Notes under the pieces: model-generated
The model's database searches: none
What the model saw: the letters and a program-made list of their open reading frames with translations, nothing else
What the model was told of the DNA's origin: nothing
Part shown: positions 58,588 through 64,000 of the stretch, piece after piece
How positions within the stretch are numbered: the stretch's first letter is position 1
Layout of the letters: every line of letters begins with the position of its first letter
Translations under genes and position numbers: made by a program
Assembly (NCBI GenBank): GCA_965207885.1
Contig: OZ242311.1
Coordinates: 2,400,001-2,464,000 of the forward strand
DNA: 64,000 bases
Direction: 5' to 3'
Origin: Candidatus Latescibacterota bacterium
GTDB lineage: Bacteria > Latescibacterota > UBA2968

Positions 58588-59604
58588 ATGGACGACGCGA
58601 TGCGTGAAACGTTCGCACGACAAGGCTATATCGTCGTGCCCAACGTGCTCAATCAACAGCAGTTGGACGAGCTCAATCAAGTCTACGATCAGCATATCCA
58701 CGAGCGGGAGGAGACGCTGTCCACGGCCCGCACTGACAAACAGAACCGTAAGAGCATCCGGGAGCGCGACACACGCCAGACAACAGATCGGCACGGCAAC
58801 ACCTACGTGGGGAGAAGGTTATGGAGCAAGGCCTACCGGGACCTGATCGACAACGAGACCATGCTGCCCATCCTTGAAGAGCTTCTCGGCGACCCGACGT
58901 GGGGCCATGCCCCAGCACATATGCCGGCAGAGCTCCGCCCCTTGTTCCGGCTGGATCACGACAATATACATTACAAGCCCGGCCGGAAACCGACAGACGG
59001 CGAGGACAAAGGCGGGACACTCCACGGCGGCCCTGGCAACTTTCATATCACGTGTGTGTATGAACTCAAGACAGTCGGACCAGATGACGGGGGCTTCGGG
59101 TGCGTTGTCGGCACACACAAGCCGGCCAATGAGCAGAAACTGACGGACATCGACGGCGACTGGCGGCGGAACTGGTGTGACACGGAGTGGACGTCGCAGC
59201 TGCCAAACTGGGATGAAGATGTGCCGGTGCACCGCGTCGAGGCCAGGGCTGGGGACTGCATTTTGTTCAGTGAGAAGCTCAAACACGGTACGATTCCGTG
59301 GGCAGGGAGCGACGAGCGCCGCACCCTCTTCTACAAGTATGTTCCTTTCGGTATGCACCACGGCGACGTCGCGTACGACACCAACGACCCCGAACTCACG
59401 GAGCGGCAGAAACGGATCCTGGAGTTCTCGCCGTGCTGGTTTAACGATCCCCGTGAGGACAAAGACTACTCCGCGAACCCTGCGCTTACAACGCTCCATC
59501 CGCTGGCGTGTGTGGAGAGCGATCCGGGTGTGTTGCTGCCGGGTATGTCGCCGCCGCACATCCGGCTGACGGACGAGACCAGGGCAATGCTGAGTGCCAA
59601 CTGA
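58588..59604 (+). CDS. PhyH-like Fe(II)/2OG oxygenase, copy 1 (H-x-G in place of H-x-D)
   Basis: FARQGYIVVPNVL, FRLDH, TLHGG, GGFGCVVGTHK, AGDCILFSEKLKHGT..ERR. Confidence 0.8.
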   Translation: MDDAMRETFARQGYIVVPNVLNQQQLDELNQVYDQHIHEREETLSTARTDKQNRKSIRERDTRQTTDRHGNTYVGRRLWSKAYRDLIDNETMLPILEELLGDPTWGHAPAHMPAELRPLFRLDHDNIHYKPGRKPTDGEDKGGTLHGGPGNFHITCVYELKTVGPDDGGFGCVVGTHKPANEQKLTDIDGDWRRNWCDTEWTSQLPNWDEDVPVHRVEARAGDCILFSEKLKHGTIPWAGSDERRTLFYKYVPFGMHHGDVAYDTNDPELTERQKRILEFSPCWFNDPREDKDYSANPALTTLHPLACVESDPGVLLPGMSPPHIRLTDETRAMLSAN

Positions 59605-59637
59605 AGATTCGAAACATAAAACAGCCTTTTTGTTTCG

Positions 59638-59674
59638 AAACCGTGGGTATTCAATTTGAATGCCTGCGGTTTTT
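59638..59674 (+). terminator. Intrinsic terminator after copy 1
   Basis: AAACCGTGGGTATTCAA/TTGAATGCCTGCGGTTT (G-U pairs) plus T-run. Confidence 0.7.
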
Positions 59675-59806
59675 GGTTTAATTGATGCTGGATTTGAGAT
59701 CCTTCACGTTTGGGAAGAGCCGACCAAAAATCATGATCGATGGCGTCAGAATTGTTTTCACGCTCTGCCCAACGGATTCTATATGGTCTGTAAGAAGAAG
59801 CAATAA
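59675..59806 (+). pseudogene. Orphan 3' tail of a probable class I SAM methyltransferase gene
   Basis: Manual translation GLIDAGFEILHVWEEP...LPNGFYMVCKKKQ-stop; no start codon. Confidence 0.5.
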
Positions 59807-59911
59807 GTACGACAAAAACACTTGACAACGACTGCTGAAAACTCCTTCTTACCAGCCATTCATGCGCAAGAAATGGCCCTTTTAGTTTCTACACATAGAG
59901 GAGATTAGAAG

Positions 59912-60928
59912 ATGGACAATGCGATGCGTGACACGTTCGCACGACAAGGCTATATCGTCGTGCCCAACGTGCTCAATCAACAGCAGTTGGACGAGCTCAA
60001 TCAAGTCTATGATCAGCATATCTTTGAGCGGGAGGAGACGCTGTCCACGGCCGGCACCGACAAACAGAACCGCTTCTACATCGGCGGGCGCGACACACGC
60101 CAGACAACTGACCGGCACGGCAACACCTACGTGGGGAGAAGGTTATGGAGCAAGGCCTACAGGGACCTGATCGACAACGAGACCATGCTGCCCATCCTTG
60201 AAGAGCTTCTCGGCGACCCGACGTGGGGCCATGCCCCAGCACATATGCCGGCAGAGCTTCGCCCCTTGTTCCGGTTAGATCACGACAATATACATTACAA
60301 GCCCAGCCGGAAACCGACAGACGGTGAGGACAAAGGCGGGACACTCCACGGCAGCCCGAGCAGCTTTCATATCACGTGTGTGTATGAACTCAAGACAGTC
60401 GGACCAGATGACGGAGGCTTCGGTTGCGTTGTCGGCACACACAAGCCGGCCAATGAGCAGAAACTGACGGACATCGACGGTGACTGGCGGCGAAACTGGT
60501 GCGACACGGAGTGGACGTCGCAACTGCCAAACTGGGATGACGATGTGCCGGTACACCGCGTCGAGGCCAGGGCTGGGGACTGCATTTTGTTCAGTGAGAA
60601 GCTCAAACACGGTACGATTCCATGGGCGGGGAGTGGCGAACGTCGCACCCTCTTCTACAAGTATGTTCCTTTCGGCATGCACCACGGCGACGCCGCGTAT
60701 GACACCAACGACCCCGAACTGACTGAGCGGCAGAAACGGATCCTGGAGTTCTCGCCGTGCTGGTTTAACGATCCCCGTGAGGACAAAGACTACTCCGCGA
60801 ATCCTGCGCTTACAACGCTCCATCCGCTGGCGTGTGTGGAGAGCGATCCGAGTGTGTTGCTGCCGGGCATGTCGCCGCCGCACATCCGGCTGACGGACGA
60901 GACCAGGGCAATGCTGAGTGCCGGCTAG
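59912..60928 (+). CDS. PhyH-like Fe(II)/2OG oxygenase, copy 2 (H-x-S)
   Basis: 17 of 338 residues differ from copy 1 by manual count; TLHGSPSS. Confidence 0.8.
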   Translation: MDNAMRDTFARQGYIVVPNVLNQQQLDELNQVYDQHIFEREETLSTAGTDKQNRFYIGGRDTRQTTDRHGNTYVGRRLWSKAYRDLIDNETMLPILEELLGDPTWGHAPAHMPAELRPLFRLDHDNIHYKPSRKPTDGEDKGGTLHGSPSSFHITCVYELKTVGPDDGGFGCVVGTHKPANEQKLTDIDGDWRRNWCDTEWTSQLPNWDDDVPVHRVEARAGDCILFSEKLKHGTIPWAGSGERRTLFYKYVPFGMHHGDAAYDTNDPELTERQKRILEFSPCWFNDPREDKDYSANPALTTLHPLACVESDPSVLLPGMSPPHIRLTDETRAMLSAG

Positions 60929-60957
60929 AACTTTTTGGCCAAATGATAGCGAAAATA

Positions 60958-60994
60958 GAAAAATGCCGTGAGATTTTTTCTCACGGCGTTTTTC
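60958..60994. terminator. Palindromic element / bidirectional terminator, copy A
   Basis: GAAAAATGCCGTGAGA-tttt-TTCTCACGGCGTTTTTC. Confidence 0.7.
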
Positions 60995-61020
60995 ATTGAT
61001 TCACCGTAGAGAAAGGAGCT

Positions 61021-62895
61021 GTGTCGATGAAGAAGCAAACCCCGGAAGCCATCCTGGCTGGATTTGAGAAACGGGTGGATGCAATGTTCCGCGCAGAATC
61101 GGGCACCCCCCTGGTGCGCGCCAAGAAGCAGAAACCACTCGGCCTGGGGCGCGGTAACTACGTTCGAGCCTACTCCTATTCCATCATGGCGTTTGCCGCG
61201 CGCTGCCTGTATCTAGGCGAGATGCTGGATGAGGCAAATGCCGCACTGGCCGAAAATGCCCAGCACTACCTCGATAACCCAAAGGACATAAATGACCGCG
61301 ACAGTTTCCACTGGCATGCGGAAATCGTCATGCGGCTGATCGAGATGTACGGCACCAACGGGACGGAGCATCCTGGCCGCATCACCAAAGAGACCGAGGC
61401 CTTCGCGCTCAAACCGGTCTGGCTTTATGCCAAAATGTGCTCGTGGCTAAGCAAGGCGGAGGTCAAGGACTCGCAGACCTGGCACATTTACGGGTCCGAG
61501 AACCATCATGCCATGGACTTCACGGTGAATTGGCACTTCTCCAAGCTCGCCAGGAATCTGCCCGAATATAGGAACCTCAAGTTTGATGACGGCGCCACGG
61601 CCGAGGATCACTACCGCGCCTGGAACGAGTACTTCATCGCTTACTGCCGTGAACGGGCCCGCAAGAGCCTGTGTATCGAAATGATGAGCGATGGATATAA
61701 CGCCACGCTGATCAGAGGATTCTATAACTTCTACGACTTCGGTGGTCCACCAGTACAGCGCTCGGCCGGGATGTTCCTCGATCTCTACTTTGCTTACTGG
61801 GCGCAAGAGCAGATTGGTGGGCATATGGGTGGCGGCGGGTCACGCAGAAAGGGGGAGAAAGCGTTCTACCAGAACCGGGATCACGGAAACGCTCCGTTGG
61901 CCTGGTTCTACTTCGCCATCGGCAAGCAACCAACGGTCAATGGTCATGACGTCAACGCTGCACTCAGCGCTTACCGCCCCCCGACCGTAGTGGCCGATAT
62001 CGCGTCCGACGTAAAGGGACGCGGCCGCTACGAAGTGCGACAGCGTACACAGGGTCTCGGGAAACAAGGCCATTCGTTTCCCATGGTGGCAGTTGCGAGC
62101 AAAGCGCCGAATCAATTGCGAACCGACGGTGGTGGCATTCTGCGCTACAGTTTCTGTGACTCTGCCTTCATCCTGGGTACCCCAATGACCGAGGCGCGAC
62201 CGCTGTCCGATTGGGTCGCGATCAGCGCACAGAATCGTTGGCAGGGTGTGATCTTTGCCGGCGAAGACGATGCCCGCATCGTTCCTCTTGTGCGTCCCGA
62301 GGACAACAGGGTCGTTCTCAATGCTCAGTGGTCCGTCCAAAGCAAGGGTAGCCTAATCACACAGAAGCTCAAGTACCACAAGGGTGGCGCCGAGATGAAC
62401 GTCTGGATGTCGGAAAAAGGCTTGAGCGCACCAGTTGAGGAAGATGGTGTGGTATTTGTGGAAGCAGAAGGCGCATGGGCAGCTATTCGCGTGTCCGATG
62501 GAGGCTTCATGTGGAAGGAGGGCTCATACACCGTCAAGGCTGAAGATGGCAGTACACGTAAGACGCCTCCCGGAAGGATCATGGCGCTTAAGGGCGAATA
62601 CGCCCCCATCATTCTCGAGGTTATGGCCAAGAGCGATCTCGATAGCTTCGACACGTTCAAAGCGAAGGTAAAAGGTTGTGAGATGAGCATGGATGGAGCC
62701 ATTCTTAGATACACCACGATCTACAGCGACCTGTTGACCTTCGACACCAGCTTTGAGAAAACGCCCAGCATTAACGGCAAGCCAGTCAACTACGCCCCGA
62801 AGAAGGTCTTTGAAAGCCCTTTTCTTAATGCCGACTACAATAGTGGTATCGTCACCATTAGTAAGGGTAAGCGGAAGAAGGTGTTGGAATTCTGA
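61021..62895 (+). CDS. Hypothetical protein, 624 aa (possibly lyase-like helical + beta-sandwich fold)
   Basis: Long ORF with SD AAGGAG; motifs GSENHHAM and IEMMSDGY. Function not recognised. Confidence 0.65.
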   Translation: MSMKKQTPEAILAGFEKRVDAMFRAESGTPLVRAKKQKPLGLGRGNYVRAYSYSIMAFAARCLYLGEMLDEANAALAENAQHYLDNPKDINDRDSFHWHAEIVMRLIEMYGTNGTEHPGRITKETEAFALKPVWLYAKMCSWLSKAEVKDSQTWHIYGSENHHAMDFTVNWHFSKLARNLPEYRNLKFDDGATAEDHYRAWNEYFIAYCRERARKSLCIEMMSDGYNATLIRGFYNFYDFGGPPVQRSAGMFLDLYFAYWAQEQIGGHMGGGGSRRKGEKAFYQNRDHGNAPLAWFYFAIGKQPTVNGHDVNAALSAYRPPTVVADIASDVKGRGRYEVRQRTQGLGKQGHSFPMVAVASKAPNQLRTDGGGILRYSFCDSAFILGTPMTEARPLSDWVAISAQNRWQGVIFAGEDDARIVPLVRPEDNRVVLNAQWSVQSKGSLITQKLKYHKGGAEMNVWMSEKGLSAPVEEDGVVFVEAEGAWAAIRVSDGGFMWKEGSYTVKAEDGSTRKTPPGRIMALKGEYAPIILEVMAKSDLDSFDTFKAKVKGCEMSMDGAILRYTTIYSDLLTFDTSFEKTPSINGKPVNYAPKKVFESPFLNADYNSGIVTISKGKRKKVLEF

Positions 62896-62911
62896 TTGCT
62901 GGGAGTGATAT

Positions 62912-63637
62912 ATGGGCGTAATGACAGATGAACAGAAGAAGCACTTTCGCGAAGCAGGATATCTGCTGGTGTCGGGTTTGATTCCCGAGCATGTGGTTCG
63001 CAAGGCTGAAGACGCGATGTGGGCGGCGTTGGAAATGGACCGTGACGACTCTGAAACCTGGGGGCGTGTGTCCGTGCATGCGATCAATCAACAGCATCGT
63101 GCATCGCCAGAAAATCGAATGTTGAGTTCGCCGGATATCCTGGCGTGTTATACAGATGATATTTTGATCGCAGTTTCTGAATTGACTGGTGTAGATCGCG
63201 AGGATATCCACGCGCCGACGCAGGTTATGACTCAGAACGCGTTTCCGACGGAAGGTGAATGGAGCCACTTGAAACCTCACCTGGATGGTGGATCCGATCC
63301 GGTAAAGTACAATCGTCCGACGTTTCCCATTCCAATCCTGGTGCATTCAATTCTGTATCTGAGTGATACAGCACCGCACGGGGGATGCACGTTTGGATGG
63401 CCTGGTTCACATCAAAAGCTTCAGGGTATTGCAGAGGACAACCCAGAGAAATATCCCTACTTGTGGGACGTGAATTCGGGTAAGGACACGGTAGATATTG
63501 GTGAAGGTGTGGAATTGGTGGCAAAGCGTGGAGACATTCTGTTTTACCAAAACTTTTTTTTGCATGCAGGAAGCAAGAATATCAATGACTATCCTCGGCT
63601 TGCATGTCGTAATACATGGAAGTGGAAGGCTGTATGA
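62912..63637 (+). CDS. PhyH family Fe(II)/2OG oxygenase
   Basis: FREAGYLLV, PHLDG (HxD), WPGSH, GDILF..HAGSKN..PR. Confidence 0.85.
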   Translation: MGVMTDEQKKHFREAGYLLVSGLIPEHVVRKAEDAMWAALEMDRDDSETWGRVSVHAINQQHRASPENRMLSSPDILACYTDDILIAVSELTGVDREDIHAPTQVMTQNAFPTEGEWSHLKPHLDGGSDPVKYNRPTFPIPILVHSILYLSDTAPHGGCTFGWPGSHQKLQGIAEDNPEKYPYLWDVNSGKDTVDIGEGVELVAKRGDILFYQNFFLHAGSKNINDYPRLACRNTWKWKAV

Positions 63638-63731
63638 GTGAAACAAAGAGCAGACTGGATGTTGGAGATCTCGGCGAGGAAAACATGGAATCAGACGGCA
63701 AAATACGAGATGGTAAATCGGAACATCATAT

Positions 63732-63848
63732 GACATTTGTCTTTGGGAAATGACGTTTTGTGGTTTTGAGCAGGAGACCATTCAACAGGAATACAAGCAA
63801 ATTCTCGATGCCTGGGAATCTGTTAAGAATTCAGATTTTTCAACTTGA
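63732..63848 (+). pseudogene. Possible orphan gene tail
   Basis: Manual translation DICLWEMTFCGFEQETIQQEYKQILDAW...stop; protein-like but no proper 5' part. Confidence 0.3.
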
Positions 63849-63910
63849 GCCGGAGTAACAAATGGAGATCAGATAGGACTCGAACTTTCCACAAATAATC
63901 TGTTCAAATT

Positions 63911-63948
63911 AGAAAAATGCCGCGAGAAGAAATCTCACGGCATTTTTT
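63911..63948. terminator. Palindromic element / bidirectional terminator, copy B (loop inverted relative to copy A)
   Basis: AGAAAAATGCCGCGAGAAGAAATCTCACGGCATTTTTT. Confidence 0.7.
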
Positions 63949-64000
63949 AGATTGTTTTTTTATAATTGTTTTTCTTGCTATTTGCCCAAAAATAACTATA

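Larger units (their letters stand above)
58481..60922 (+). repeat. Tandem duplication: 58481-59598 and 59805-60922 (offset 1324 bp), promoter plus gene
   Basis: Both copies begin AAGTACGACAAAA.CACTTGACAAC and end GCAATGCTGAGTGCC. Confidence 0.95.

Noticed and set aside
58588-60928. Duplicate pair as a diversity-generating retroelement TR/VR
   Set aside because: Differences are not adenine-specific, both copies are full genes, and no reverse transcriptase is present.
50228-64000. Integron cassette array explanation for the mosaic region
   Set aside because: No intI, no recognisable attC sites, and genes lie on both strands.

Overview
A 64-kb bacterial chromosomal segment. The mix of genes (PorV-like protein, T9SS-type C-terminal-domain protein, GWxTD protein, TonB-dependent receptors, many Gfo/Idh/MocA, PhyH and BNR enzymes, a sulfatase) suggests a marine FCB-group heterotroph such as Latescibacterota; this is inference only. 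The window has three parts. (1) 1-19.2 kb looks GC-richer by eye and is catabolic: an outer-membrane barrel / TonB receptor / CTD protein / PorV operon flanked by oxidoreductases, a candidate ~85-nt sRNA with two upstream operators, an autoregulated FadR/GntR gene, a CocE hydrolase, a GWxTD protein, a BNR enzyme and an orphan ABC binding protein. (2) 19.2-47.7 kb is a backbone: parAB, ppdK, tRNA-Lys, a CysO sulfur-carrier cysteine operon, rpsT, a BlaI-M56-TonB module, adenylate kinase, xylA, an HD protein and an HNH protein. (3) 47.7-64 kb is a mosaic: sulfatase, GH117 plus 3,6-anhydro-L-galactonate cycloisomerase, and a tandemly duplicated Fe/2OG oxygenase lacking the HxD carboxylate, with orphan gene tails at the junctions. 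Best leads: the PorV-coupled receptor system, the halogenase-like tandem duplicate, the sRNA, and the CysO carrying a GG-CSF extension. I saw no CRISPR array, rRNA, integrase or transposase. All family assignments come from motif recognition by eye, not database searches.
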